DNA of 63,668 nucleotides, filler included, from Intoshia linei (Eukaryota > Animalia > Orthonectida): the NCBI GenBank assembly GCA_001642005.1. It is 7 parts of 7 records of this genome, joined end to end, with 100 filler letters (N's around TTAATTAATTAA, not from the genome) between each part and the next. Parts side by side here need not be neighbours in the genome. Positions count along the whole stretch, not along the records: positions 1 to 12,750 come from LWCA01001057.1; positions 12,851 to 37,695 come from LWCA01000518.1; 5 more parts are not named here. One strand, 5' to 3'. The notes beneath the pieces are model-generated. The model saw only the letters and a program-made list of their open reading frames with translations. It did not search any database and was not told the origin of the DNA. Below, one piece after another: positions 1-14,633 of the stretch. Both the position numbers and the translations under genes were made by a program. Numbering within the stretch: position 1 is the stretch's first letter; every line of letters begins with the position of its first letter.

Positions 1-285
1 TAAATATATATATATATTATTATTTTATATTATTTTATTATATATATTATTATATATACATAATAATTATTAATTATTATAATATGTCAATGTAGTACAT
101 AGTACTGAAAAATAAATAATAAAATATTAAATAATATTTTCCTTTTTGTCAGATCAAAACTGTCTTCTAACTGTTCACGAGTTTCTAAATTATAAAATTT
201 CTCGGGAACGAGACTCGTATACACCACTTCTGAAGTATGTACTAATATCGTGAAGGTGTATTAAACTCTTAAATTTTTTTTATAG

Positions 286-3200
286 GAACATATAACCCAA
301 TTAATGGTGGCAAATCGATTAATGATTGCTTGAAATGTCCAGGTACAATATTTTAAATTATATTATATAATATACATTATATGTTTATATGTTTATTAGG
401 GGTGTGAATTATAGTAGTGTTTTTGGAAATTTTATGGTGCAGGAACGAATAAAGTCGCGTATGACAGTTTTATGGCTACACTAAAAAAAATTTTTTTCGG
501 AGACGCTTGCCATTTTAAAAATTTAAAACAAAAATATTGTACAAAAACCAAAATATAACTTTATTTGCTGGAATGTTATGATGAGATCATGTATCTATGT
601 TTTGAGTGGTCTTATGTTGATGGTCATGTTTGATTGTTCACTTTGCATATTTAAATTCAATTCTACCTCATTTATTTTTGTTTTTAGTGAAAATTTTTAT
701 CAATGAAAAATGATAATTTTTATTAAATTTTAACAACTTTAAATATCGATAAAATAAAAAGTAAACGAGGTAGAATTAAATTTAATGGTGTAAAGTGAAC
801 AACCCAATATGACGATCAACATAAGACCACTCAAAACATAGCTTATTAACATATTAGAGACTAACATTACATTAAATAAATATTTTAATGTTTATAGAAC
901 ATTTTTGTATGAAATTTTTAAAATGGTAAGCGTCTCCGCAAATTTTCTTTTGTAAATATTTGTATTTTTTCGCAAAATATTTGTTTTGTATTGTCATTTT
1001 TGATTTATTACTCAACTTTTTTCGATCTTGCACTTAATTTATAAAATTTTGTCACACCCCTAATGTTTATTGTGTATTTTAATTTTTTAAAACTTAAAAT
1101 CATTTATTTCATCTCATTTCATGTTTCATATTTATTAAATATTATTCATGTAACAATTCTTCATAATTCATGTCATGTACAATGTACATTGTACAATTTA
1201 CAATGTAAATAATTTAGCTGGAGAGTACTGTGCTACAACCGGGCTTTTCAAGTCAAGTGGTTTGTGTGCAGGTGGTTATTATTGCATACTTGGTTCATCA
1301 AACATTAAACCAGTCATTTTGCCAAATGTACTGCATGAAAATATGATTTTTGTCTCATCAAACAGCATGGGAGGTGTTTGTACTATAGGTATTTTGATAT
1401 TAATTTAAATGTCCAAAATACACTAAATAACTAATAGGAAACTATTGTCCCATTGGTTCAAAATCCGAACTCACCTGCCCAGCAGGTAAATATTGTGGTA
1501 CTTATGGGTTGGCTACACCCACTGGAGATTGCGATGCTGGTATATTATTATTACAAAATATATTAAATGATTTTTTATAGGTTATTTTTGTTCCGGAGGA
1601 GATCGATATGCCGCTAATTCTAAAATCAATTTATGTGCTGTAGGCCATTTTTGGTAATTGTACCAAATTTATTTCCTAGCTTGAATGTTATGTACTTTTA
1701 CGAATTAACTCTATCGAGGCCCGACTTTTTAATTTTATGACCCATTTTTTAATTTATTATAGATGATGAGTATTATCTTAAACACAATCCAATTATTGTT
1801 GAATTTTTTTAAATATACATTTTTTATCATTCAATTTTGAGAAAAATTCTTTCAAAACAACATAATACATTATTATAATGTACACTAATGTTAGTTTAGA
1901 TAAGTGGTTCCAGATTGGTGTCCCTGGACCTTTTATAGGTCCAACACTATATTTCTATCTATCATGGATTCGGATGAATCTATTTTACCATTTTTGAAAT
2001 AAATTCGAAAACTAGAAATAACTATTATCTGTGATTTTTTTTAAATTCAAGGACTTGTTTCATTTTTTACAAAAAGCATAATTAGTGGTTTTGATCATAT
2101 AAATTCAATTTTTTGAGGTTGCGATTTATGATAATGCTCATTATTTTCAAAACTATTCTTAAATTTACGTTATAAATAATTCTGTGATTTTTTTCATTTT
2201 TCAAAAAACTTATTTGAGGTATTGACCATGAAGGATTCAATTTCTGAAAATCTAATTTGCGATAGAACATCACTAAAAATGTATTTGAAATTCTAGGACT
2301 GTTAATTTCTTAATTAAACGGTAACACACAGGCAGTGCCCGTCAAAGATACAAACACATTCAATTTTATATGAGTAAAGGATATTAAATGTTATTTTTAT
2401 ATATTATTTATAATATCAAATTAATTAGTTCACAAGGAACTACGAGTGCCACACCATGTCCACCTGGAACATATTCAAGTATATTTACATTTATTCTTTA
2501 AATTTAAAATATTTTTTCCATCGTTATCAATATTTACATGTAGATTCGAGAGGTTTGAAATCTTCTGCTCAATGCCAAAAGTGTCCTATGGGAAAATACT
2601 GTGCTGGAACAAAAAATATTGCTTATACTGGAGATTGCTCACAAGGGTTAGATATTAAAGGCTTATTCCTGGTTAATTCATTTTTTCATGATAATTTTAT
2701 ATTGATACTAATTAGTCATCAAAAAAAAAAATTAATTTTCATTTAACCAAGAATTAACCCATATTATTTATATTAAAACTGAAATAAATTAAAAGTATTT
2801 TATTTTTATTAATTTTCATTTGGTTATAATAGATTCTATTGTCCCCCTGGGCAAAGCAGTCCATCTAATGTAAATTACGAATGTCCAGCAGGTTTTAATT
2901 TAGTCGTGTATATATTACAATTTTAAATAGGTTCATATTGTTCAAGTAATATTTAAAAATAATGATTTCATAAAATTTTAAAGGTGGTTCACTTAAGCCA
3001 ATACTATGTCCAGCAGGAAAATATCAACCAAATACTGCATCGTCGTCTTGCTTAGATTGTCCTGAAGCTCATTATTGTCCGATTACCAGTAAATATTTAA
3101 TTTAAAATTGTAAACTAAATTGAAAGGTTATTTATATTTACGTTGGATAGTGAAATGTATACTCTAAATTCCCATACCTTAAATATATTTTATAATTTTA

Positions 3201-6200
3201 GTGAAGGCGGACAATACATTGATTGGAGCAATTTTTCCTATAGAATGCCCTGCAGGGTCTTACTGTAAAGCATTAACAAAATCACCATATCAATATTTGT
3301 GCCCTGTTGGTACTTTTTCTAATAAGAAAGGGTTATCACTAGAATCTCAATGTATGCCGTGTTCAGTAGGAAAATATTGCATGACTAAAGGTTTATAATA
3401 TATTCAGTTTACGGCAGTATAATTATATCATTATATACTATTTAATATTTTGCCTAGGTTTAATTTCACCGACTGGGGACTGTAGAGCAGGTTTATCAAT
3501 TATTTATGAAAATGATTTAATTTAAGGATTCGTGTGTAAATCTGGTTCATCATCTCCTGCAAAATCAGATGGAGTCAAAAATATTTCTTGTCCTATTGGT
3601 TTTTATTGTGTGAAGGGGATTATCACAGCTCAAAAATGTTCCGCTGGTTTGTTATTTATTTATTATTTATTTGTCGTCATTGTAGTAAAAAAGTAGTTAA
3701 ATAATTATTTAATAGTATGTAATATTAATAGGTTTTTTGATTAGTTATTTATTATATAATAGGCAATTATTGTCCTATAAATTCGCCCAAGCCTATACCA
3801 TGCCCATCGGGGACTTTCTCTGCAAACACCGGGAATACCGTTTTCACTGATTGCCTACCATGTCCCGTTGGTAAATATTGTACAACTATTGGATTAACCA
3901 ACTTTGAAGGCGACTGTACTGCCGGATTCTTTTGTGGTATTTTAAATATTTATATTTTTATGAATTTTATATTATTTGTTTATTAATCGTCATATATTAT
4001 ATAGTATCTGCAGCAAAATCATCTACTCCTATCGATGGAGTCACAGGTACATTAATAAAAGTTTATTAACCACTTTCAGTCTGATTGCAATAAGTTTTGT
4101 TATCCTGAATATAGATTTATATGAGCATATTAGAAGATATATAAAAATCGAAAGTGGTCTAAAAACATTATTTCATTTTTATTTATCTAAATTGTATTAT
4201 AATAGGATATCCTTGTCCAAATGGATTTTATTGTCCAAAAGGAACTACGTAAATATTTTAATACTACATAATTATTACAATAATGTTGTGTTTTTAAATA
4301 TCTGTATAATATTAATAGACTGAACACCTATTTCCTAATTTCACTAATTTTTGAGCAAATATTTCATTTTCATTGAATTCATTAACGATGAGAATCTAAA
4401 ACCGAAATTGAACATGTATAAAAAACATAAAACTAAAACTATATATTACCCGGCATGAAATATCGGACAACATATCGTGTAAAGTCCAAGAGTCCAATTA
4501 CCAAATAAATGAGTATTGATTGGATTCGAGGGACAGAAACCTATTGTATTTAAGTATAAAATAATTTTTTAGATCGAAATTAATTTGTGCTGAAAAAACT
4601 TATTCCATATCAATTGGAGCGGTTGCTTGCATACAATGTACAGTGGGTTCGTTCTGTAAAGGTAATTTATGGATCTTAGTATAAATATATTTTAAATCTA
4701 GGCGGTGCGCATATTGAACTCTGCAAATTAGGTACGAACTATTTTTACTGATAAATTATTAGCTTCATTTTGCGTATTGTATAAATACGATATGTAGACT
4801 TACTACATGATAGTTATTATTATTATATATTTATCATTGTCAGGGATTTGATCAATGTTTCCCTATCTCTTGAAAAATTGACACTTTTTACATGATTTTG
4901 TAAAATAATGAAATTTTTTGGCCCATCTATTGTAAGGATTGTGATATCAGACATAGTATATCACTATTGTGAATAGAAATGTTTTAAAAATAGATTAATT
5001 AATTAAATAGATTTTTTTATAAAATAAAAATAGCGAAGCATATTATATAAGGATGAAATAATTTTTTTATTATAAAGTTGAAAAATCGCACTGTTGGAAT
5101 TTAAAAATTTAGGAACTGAATGAGATAAGCTCAAAAATTCAAACATATCAATAAAATTTTAATATAATATGTGTACTTTATATAATAGGTCATTACTGTC
5201 CAGCTAACAGTGGCATTACTTTACTTAAATGTAAAATAGGTACATATGGTCCAATAAAAGGCATGACGGTTTTATCGGATTGCACGGATTGTTCACGTAC
5301 GATTTATTACTTTTACTAAAAATAATTTATCATCTTCATATTTATTTTCTTCATTTTATTTACTCATTTACTCAAAATAATGGACATATTATGCATAGTA
5401 GGGCTAAATGTTTAATAATACAACAAACATTAACAGTATAAATCGGTGGTTATCGATTCAAAGAGCATACGGACCCCGATTTCAAAATATTTATTTCAGT
5501 GACCCTTAAGGAATGATGAAATATAAAACATTTATTGAAAAATTGATTGTTTTTTCTAATAAGATTTGGTATTTTCAAATAGGATTTTTCAACAAAATAT
5601 TGGAAAAAGAGAATATTTCAATGAAACGTTGCTAAAATTGGGATTTTGAATTTTGAGGTGTAATAAGAGGTTTTTCTGATAACATTTGATAAAATGGTGT
5701 TTTTGGAAAAGAATATTGAAAATAGGGGATTTTTCAAAAAATTATCGGTAAAACGATTGTCCCCTGAAGGTTTTAAACGGTATATTTTATTAAATTTTAT
5801 TAATGATGGGATAAAAGTGGGATTTTTGAAATAATAATGTACCGGTCGCCTAGGCTTAACGATAAATTTTCAACATCTGGCAAATATGTAATAAATATTC
5901 AAAATGAACAAAAGTTGATAAATTTTTTTTTATATTTTATTTAAATTTCACGGACCCCAATCGGGAACCACAGGTATAATTGGTTTAAATTGAAATTATT
6001 ATATAAATACCATAAAAATTTTTTTAAAAAACAATATACAATGTACATAAGTGTATTATTAATAAATTTTCAATTATTATTTTTCAAACATATTTATTTA
6101 GCTGGATCTTACTGCAAAACTGAAGGATTATCTCAGCCTACCGGATTATGCACAGCTGGTATTATTTTACTAATGAAGACATTAATATATACATTAGGGT

Positions 6201-9200
6201 GTCACATTTATTTCAATATTTAAAAATTTTAAGGAAGTTTACAATTTATTCTTTTATGTAATATTAAGAATAGTTTGAAGTAAAGATATTTAAAAATAGA
6301 TATTGATGTGGGGTTGATGACATCAATGATCATGAAAAAAAATTAAAAATTAATTAAACACCCCATTCTAGATAATTTTATTTTACACGAAAATACACTA
6401 GATGCGCACTAATCGCCCTTATCACATTAACAAGCTAATAGACATGTATCATATTTAAGAACTATTATAATAATAATAATATAAATTATTATTTATACAT
6501 CAATACCTGCAATTTCTAAATATTTAACTATATCTAAATATGCAATGTCGACTTTTAATTAATAAAATAAATCTAGGATATTATTGTCCAACCGGTACAA
6601 ATTTAGAATTTCCCACTACAACATGTCCAAAAGGATATTATTGTCCTACAGGTAGTTTTGAACCGTTACCTTGTCTACCGGGAACTTATTCAAATACAGA
6701 AAGTAATAATATTATAATTTTTAATGTATACTTAATTTGCAACAAAATAATCATAGTATAGAATCTACACAATGTACAGACTGTCCAGCCGGTTATTTTT
6801 GTTTGATAAAAACAACAAATTATCTAATAAATATATGCCCAACAGGATATTATTGTCCCAAAAATACACAATATGCTTATCAATACCCGTGCCCTTCAAA
6901 AACATTCAACAAATTTACAGTAAAAAAAATAATATCAGATTGTCTTCCTTGTACTAAAGGTATATAAATGATTACATCAAAATTGTATCTACTGTAATTG
7001 TAATACAGTATATTCTCTATAACTCGCCATTCTTGGATTTAGAAAAAATTGACGAGATAGAGAATTTATAACTATAGAAACAGTAGATAAAACCTTTAAA
7101 TTCAAGGCTAAATTACAATAAAATTTAAATTGTAATACAAAGTAACGTTTAATACAAATTAATTAAAATCTACTTTATTATTATTATATATATTATAAAT
7201 TATATATGTATATTATTATACTTCATTAAATAAATGTATTATAATTTGTCAGTCAGAATAATTAATATTATTATTAATTATTACCATCTGCGTTAATTTT
7301 AATAAGCTATTAAACATTCAAGTTTTCTTTGGCGATTTAGAAGCATTTTAAATTTCAACGTAATTTAAAATTTATGTACATAAAATTGTAACTAATTTTG
7401 AAAAATGGTTATAAACTTATTAGTTTTATATTTTAAATTAATCGCGAATAAGAAAATTGGCGAGTTATGGAATATAATGTTAATATTTCTATATTATTGT
7501 ATTAACCATATGTTGAAATACAAAATTGGCGAGTTGTAGAGAGAATACTGTAAAATCTTAATATTTCTAAATTCAGAATTTTCAATTTCAAAAATTCTGA
7601 TATCATATATATAAATCTAAATATATTAATAGGTTTTGACTGTATAATATATGTAGTNNNNNNNTCTAAATATATTAATAGGTTTTGACTGTATAATATA
7701 TGTAGTATACACAATAATATATAATAATAATATAATTTATATACAAATAAGTAATAAAATATAGGTCAATTTTGTGCCGGAGAAGGCTTGTCAACGCCTT
7801 CAGGGATATGCAAAGCTGGATGGTGGTGCAAACAAGGCTCAGATACTGCGACACCTACAGGTACAGATAAATTATTTTTTCAATGAAAATTTACATTGTA
7901 AATGAATTAAAATATTAAATTAACATTTATTTAATGAAGTATATGAATATTAATAATATTATAAAATAATAATTTTAAATAGATATCGTAAATATGGGTG
8001 GTGAATGCACAGCTGGGCACTACTGTCCTGTCGGTAGCTTCGAGTTGAATAAATGTACTGCAGGATATTATTGTAAAAATTATATTTACAATTTTATATT
8101 AATATTTTAGGTGAATCCAATCAATTGAGTATTCCATCTGGAAAATGCTATGCGGTAATTTTACCCAAATTATAATATTTATTTAATTATATTTGATATC
8201 ACTAGTGATATATCTAATATTTAGGGGTTTTATTGTCCAGTCGGTCAATATGTTCCTAATCCAACAAATTTCCTATGTCCCACTGGTCATTATTGTAAAG
8301 GTAATTCAATATTTTTTATTTAAATATGTATGATGTTTATATTTTCATTTCATCATAATGTTTTTTACTGTAAGTTTTCTTTAATAAATATGATAATTAA
8401 GATTACCCCAAAGTTATAAATAGTCGCATATAAAAAAATTTTACAATAGAAACTCCTAATAGCCAATTATTTATTACATTTTAAAATGTAACTTTTTTGT
8501 TATACATTGTATTGTATTTAAAAATTTTTAAATAACGTTGAACTCACTAACTCGTTGACTCATTTAATGTATAGGTTTGTTAGATTAAGACGTTCAATAA
8601 GATTAAAATAAAGAGTTATGATACGATGATTGATTAATTAGTTGCACTATTGATAGTATAATAGATAGTATAATTTAGTGGGATCCAGCGTACCCACTCC
8701 TTGCCCAGTTGGTACATTTTTATCAGTGAAGGGCGGAGAAAGTACAAGTGACTGCTTACTTTGTACCGAAGGTTATTATTGTGATATACCTGGAAGAAGT
8801 GCAGTAACGGGGAAATGTTCAGCTGGATACTATTGCCCAGTAATTCGTTTTTATTTTATTATTATAAAATCATTATTAAATTATTAATAAATATTACATA
8901 AATTTATATAAATATAAATAAATGAATTTTAATATTAACAATTTATATTGTATACAATTATTTTTCTTTATTAATCTACTTAGAGTGGACAGTCGTTACC
9001 AAATCCAATAGATTATATTTGTCCAGTAGGTTATAAGTGTCCTATCGGATCTTTAGACAAAATTCCATGTGACTTGGGTAATTATTTTGGTTAATTATGT
9101 ATCCATTCATAGGTACCTATCAATCAAATGATGGAACATCAACGTGCGTTATATGTGACGCCGGAAAATATTGTTATAACTCTATACTGAAAAATGGAAT

Positions 9201-11134
9201 CGTTAGTCCTTTCGATTGTCCTCCAGGATATTATTGCCCTATTGGAACGAAATTTAGTAATCAATACCCTTGTCCTAAAGGCACTTACAGTGATTTATCC
9301 AATTTAAAGGCTAAATGTAATTACATCGACTTAATAAAATTATTATATTCAAAATAGTCATACATTATATATTTAGCTGAATGTAAAGATTGTACAGCTG
9401 GAAATTGTTGCACAACGCTAGGCTCTTCTTCTGTGGGTGGTCCCTGTAATGCAGGATTTATTTGCAATTTAAAATCTTCTACACCAACACCTATTGACGG
9501 TATTACAGGTGATTATTGCCCGCAAGGATATTATTGCATTTCAGGTTCATCTAACGGTAATTAAATATGTTGATCAATATTACATAATTCATTTTTTTTA
9601 TAAATGAAATTTTTTGTAAAACTTTCAGTATCATAGTATTTACCTGTGTCCTCATCCAAACTGACGAAACTAGCTATCTAATGAAGATGAAACTTTACTG
9701 ATAGCGAGGCTCGAAAAAATGCATCTAATAAAAAATAAAGCATCTACCATTACATAGTACCTGATGGCATTACAATATTTTAATATTAATATATTTTGTA
9801 GTTAATGCTATTTTGTGGGAAAACGTATTAAAAAAATTTTTATAATGTACAATGTTGTGAACAAATTATGTGAATTTTCCTAAGTACTATTCCCAGTAAA
9901 ACTTTTATTTTATCGACTAGTTACTTATCATCGATGAAAAAAGATATTTGAGGGCACAAGTTGGTACATAATTATGCATGTTGACTAATTTTATCAGGTG
10001 TTGGATGTCCTACCGGAACATTTGGAGCCACTGTTGGATTAACAAAGTTAGAAGAGTGTACAGATTGCACTGAAGGTTTTTATTGCGATAAAGTTGGATT
10101 AAAAACTCCTAAAGCCGCCTGCACTGCCGGTTATTGGTGCAAACGTGCTTCCACGTATGCGAACCCAATTGGTAATAATGATAAAAATTTTATATTGATA
10201 TTTTCATTATTTATTATTCCAATGATTTACAATAATATATATTAATAGGTGAAATATTTGGAGACAAATGTCCACCAGGCTTTTATTGTACGAATGGTCT
10301 TCCCATTCCTTGTCCTCCTGGAACGTTCAGAAATACTGAAGGTAAATCTTTTTGAAATATTTGGAATTACTGTGGTTTCTTCCAATACCGATTGTCTGTA
10401 TAGGAAAGCCAAGAAACCAAAAAAACCGAGTATTTGATGATAATTTTTCTGTTCCATCAAAATTTAACAAAATAATAAATGAATTAAAGAACATTGTACA
10501 ATGTACATTGTAAATAATATAAAAATAAGATATACCATAAAATCACAGTTTTATTCAAATTAATTTTTCTCAATTTGATTTACCATATTATGATTGTCTA
10601 TATTAGGCGCAGCGGCGTTAAATGATTGTACGAAATGCAAAGCTGGATTTTATTGTGATACGTTCAAATTGACATCAGTCACAGGACAATGCGACCAAGG
10701 TTATTATTGCAGTTTGGGAGCTACAATACCAAGGCCATTAGGTATAAACATATTGATTATAATAATAATCATTATTATTATTGTACATTTTATCTATTTT
10801 TAGATGGAATAACTGGTAACATATGTCCCATAGGAACATATTGTCCATCAAAATCAGTACAACCGACAGATTGTGTTGATGGGACCTATGCATCAACAAA
10901 AGGACAAAAAGTACTACTAATAATTTGCAAATTACATAATATTTATATTAATTATTGAATTATTTATTTATTACACAATATTATATATAATTATTAATTT
11001 ATCTCTAATTATATAATAGGAATGCACTGTTTGCCCTGCCGGTCATACTTGCACTAAAAAAATAGCACCAGATATCTGTTTAGCTGGATCATATTGCCCA
11101 CCAGGATCTTCAACTGAAACGCCGTGCCCAATCG
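286..11134 (+). CDS. Partial multi-exon gene (~34 exons) for a very large Cys-rich GCC2/GCC3 ephrin-receptor-like repeat protein; start and stop not in view
   Basis: Successive GT-AG exons keep frame, e.g. 286-342, 1218-1388, 1438-1539, 2931-2945 and 11020-11134. They encode repeated CPxG(Y/F/H)YC..G....PC..GTY/F....C..C units such as GYYCPTGTNLEFPTTTCPKGYYCPTGSFEPLPCLPGTYS. The last exon ends at a GT donor (11135). Confidence 0.9.
397..1062. mobile_element. Non-autonomous hAT (hATm-like) MITE with long internal palindrome
   Basis: TIR TAGGGGTGTGA...TCACACCCCTA and perfect 8-bp TSD ATGTTTAT (389-396 / 1063-1070). A homologous left end occurs at 34658. Confidence 0.85.
7006..7550. mobile_element. 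Tc1/mariner-pogo-type MITE (TA TSD)
   Basis: TA|CAGTATATTCTCTATAACTCGCCA...TTGGCGAGTTGTAGAGAGAATACTG|TA. A partial inverted copy lies at ~22300-22400. Confidence 0.75.
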
Positions 11135-11169
11135 GTATAAAAATGAATTATATAATGTATAGTATACAT

Positions 11170-12750
11170 TAGGGTGTTTCAAAAAGTAGAAATTTTGCGA
11201 GTTTTTCTTAGCCTTAGTAAAAATTAAGCTAGTATGTATATTTAGAGTACTATATGATTTTTATTTTTTCGTAAATGTTGGTGTCGAGTTGCTCACTGCA
11301 AATAAAGATATTTCTAAAAAATATTGAAAAATAGTTTATTATCTGAATTCTCATTGGTTGATATATTAAAATTCACAACAAATATGAATATTAAATGAAA
11401 TATCTTTATTTTTTTATGACTTTTTTCAAGTTAAACAGAAAAAGACGTCGAACAGAGGTGTAATACTTGTAAGACCCACAAATACAATTAAAAAAATATA
11501 ACCATACTCATAACATGGTTTTTCTAATCTTAATTTAATACAAACTAAAATTTTTAATAATAAAACGAATACGTATTATACCTAATAAACTTAAATACAC
11601 TATAAATCAACTTTGTATTCCTATTCTAATAATTAAAAATATATAAGTAAGACAATATTTAATTGTAATTATTTATCTAATTTAAATTAAATTAGAATAG
11701 TCTAGATTCCTGTCTTCCATAATAATATTATAATACAGTGTAATACGACATAGTCGAAAATCTAAAATATATTATCAAAAAAAAATAAAACCAAAAGTAT
11801 AGATGAACTTATCAATTAAGAAGGATCAACTTCTGATACACATCGAGAATTAGTTCTTTTCTTAAATTTGAAATGTTTCTGGACTGATCTTTTAAAATAT
11901 TTAGCTTTGAGAGAGATCGCTCAGCTACCTCGTTTATCAATAGTACGTCCAATTTCTGTTGAGACATATATTTGCGTTTATTAAGAAAAAAAATGCATTA
12001 TTTTCCCCTTTAAGAGACATTTAGTTTTTTGTACATTTTTGATTGATGTATTATTTTTTTATGCATCAAACCAAATATTTACAACAAAATTACAACATTT
12101 TTCCAAACCTATGTTTCTAAAAGCCAAAATATATGCCATTAATGCTAAATTAGCGCGGATGTTCTATCTGGCATTTGACATATTTAATATATTCTTCCAT
12201 TTAATTTTAACTTTTTTCCAGTATTTTATAGGCATTAAACAGTTTTTCTAATTGAACATAGTCATCCCTGTACCAATTTCCACCTTTTGGTATATCAATT
12301 TCTCCTATGTAGAATTTTCCATTCCAAATCAACCATAATACAAATTCATAATTAATATTTGGACTGATAGCGTTAGGACACAAAATTTCATCCATATATA
12401 TTTTTAACAATTGATCTAAAATATGGCGCTGGCAGCCATAACATTGAACATTTTAATTGAATACGTTATCATTTTAATATTTTTATCACCCATTTTTTCC
12501 CTCTGTATTGACGTTGCATGTATTGCAGATAATCATGTAAATATTTTCTGCTACACTACACATTTCAATGGTATCTTTTATAGCACAGAAAATTGTGGCT
12601 GCAGTTTCAATTTTTAAATGAATTGGAAATGAATTAATTCATTTAGATGAACATCAATTGGAATGATTCCATTTTCTTCGCATTAGACGTATATACCCAA
12701 TTACTCAACTACTTGATTTGACAAATTTTTACATCGACGACCATCAAAAT
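11170..12750 (-). mobile_element. Degenerate hAT-superfamily (hATm-like) transposon with broken transposase, cut by the assembly gap
   Basis: Terminus TAGGGTGT at 11170. The minus strand gives interrupted motifs HFDG..., IICNTCNVNTEGKNG (DTTxxNTG-like), GCQRHILD, YRDDY and AR*NIRANLAL (ARWNSRA-like), with stops and frameshifts. Confidence 0.65.
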
Positions 12751-13503
12751 NNNNNNNNNNNNNNNNNNNNNNNNNNNNNNNNNNNNNNNNNNNNTTAATT
12801 AATTAANNNNNNNNNNNNNNNNNNNNNNNNNNNNNNNNNNNNNNNNNNNNATATAGAAAATAAAGATTACAAATATTTCCCTAAATTAAAAAAATTCATG
12901 ATAGAATCAATTTTTTAAATCTAAATAAATGTAAAAATAATTTTTTAAACTCATTTTCCATCATCAAGTTGTTCGACTTAATTGACAGTTTTGATTGGCC
13001 TAATATTTTTTTAATAAAAACACATTAGAAAACAATTTCTGAAAATAGTATTAAATTTAACACAGCTAGTTATAGTTGGCTGCCATCCCTGATATATATT
13101 CATTAGGATGCATTGCACATCGAAAATCTATATAATTGATTCCTTCGTCGTTTTTTCATTGTTACGCAATATTTAATTCTCAAATTCTCTCATTTTTAAA
13201 AACATTTACATTTTCATCAACATTTAAATTAAAACAAAATTTTTTATAAAATTCTTTACATAAATGTCAACAAAATAAAATTAAGAGAGATTCATTAACT
13301 TTAAAATAAAAGATAATATGAAATGACTGGTATGTGGTAAATGTGTGTATTACTGAGAGTAATTTACTGTAATACTGTTACATACAAAAACATTATTTTT
13401 TATATACATGTCAGTTGTGAGTTATATAAACTATGATATGTAAATGCATTTACAGTAATTAGACCTATAAAAATATAGTTTAGTTTAATAATTAAGTATA
13501 TAA

Positions 13504-14356
13504 ATGTCAAACAAAAAGCGGGGAGTTTTTATAGTGGTTGAAGGATTGGATCGTTCTGGTAAATCAACAGCAATTGAACTATTATGTGATTGGTTAAACC
13601 AAGACAAATATAATTCAAAAATTATCAAATTTCCTGATAGGACCACCGAAACGGGTAGTTTAATAGATTCGTATTTAAAAAAAGAAATTATTATTCAAAG
13701 CCAACAATCTGTCCATTTAATGTTTACAGGTTTTTATGTATGCGTATTATGTATACAAATTTTAAAATGAAAATCACTTTTCCCAACAACCTTCAAAAGG
13801 TTGAATTTAAATTTTAGGAAAAATTGTAATTGACTTTTAGAACAATTTTTTGGTTTAAACACATCAAGTTGATTGGGTAAAGTGACGAGCTCATAACTTG
13901 TAAAATGTTTATAAACTAGCAAATCGATGGGAATTACAACAATTAATGCACAATTATTTACAGGACGGTATTAATTTACTAGTGGATCGTTACTCATATT
14001 CTGGTTAAAATTTGTCAATTAAAATAATTTGTTAAGGTATCGCTTTTAGCAATGCTCGGGGCTTAGACATACAATGGTGTAAAAATGCTGAAAGTGGACT
14101 TTTGTGCCCGGACCACGTATTTTTCTTTGAAATTGACACACAAGTGGCTGAGAAAAGAGGTGATTATGGAAATGAATTGTACGAATTGGTAAATTTACAA
14201 AATAAGGTTAAAAAGTCCTATTGTCTACTGTTTGATAACAATTTTTGGACACGAATTGATGCCAGTAAAAGTGTCGACGAAATTCAAAATATTTTGAGAC
14301 CTATTGTAGTCGATATGCTGAAAGGTGATGAATTTGATGCATTGCAATATTTTTAG
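13504..14356 (+). CDS. DTYMK: Thymidylate (dTMP) kinase
   Basis: Exons 13504-13729, 13920-14003 and 14037-14356. Motifs: P-loop EGLDRSGKST, FPDRTT, HLMFTANRWE, DRYSYSG, PD, RGDYGNELYE. Confidence 0.95.
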
Positions 14357-14633
14357 TAAGAATGAGTCAAATGTTAATATTTGTGGAATTTTTTGAATAA
14401 AATATAATTCATTCTTGTCAAAGGTTATCGCAGGGAGTAAAGACATTCATAGATGGAAATTTAATTATGTATCGTTTGTTTGGCATATTCAATTTGTATG
14501 TCTAGTTTTGTACATTTCTGAAATAGAATTACAAATCAAAATACAATCGTGTAAAAAAAATATAAACTTATCACTATATTGTATTTTACTAAGAAACTAA
14601 AACACCATAAACTGTAAATAAACTTTGCATTAA

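Noticed and set aside
6194-6203. Scattered TTAGGG as possible telomere seeds
   Set aside because: Single copies explained by the TSD's last T plus the hATm-like TAGGGTGT terminus.
7616-7706. Direct duplication on both sides of a short N run (similarly 52454-52575)
   Set aside because: Typical unmerged contig overlap.
12751-12850. TTAATTAATTAA embedded in N runs (also ~37740, 48208, 50493, 52195, 55866)
   Set aside because: Identical six-frame stop linker centred in ~100-nt gaps; a scaffolding artefact, not biology.
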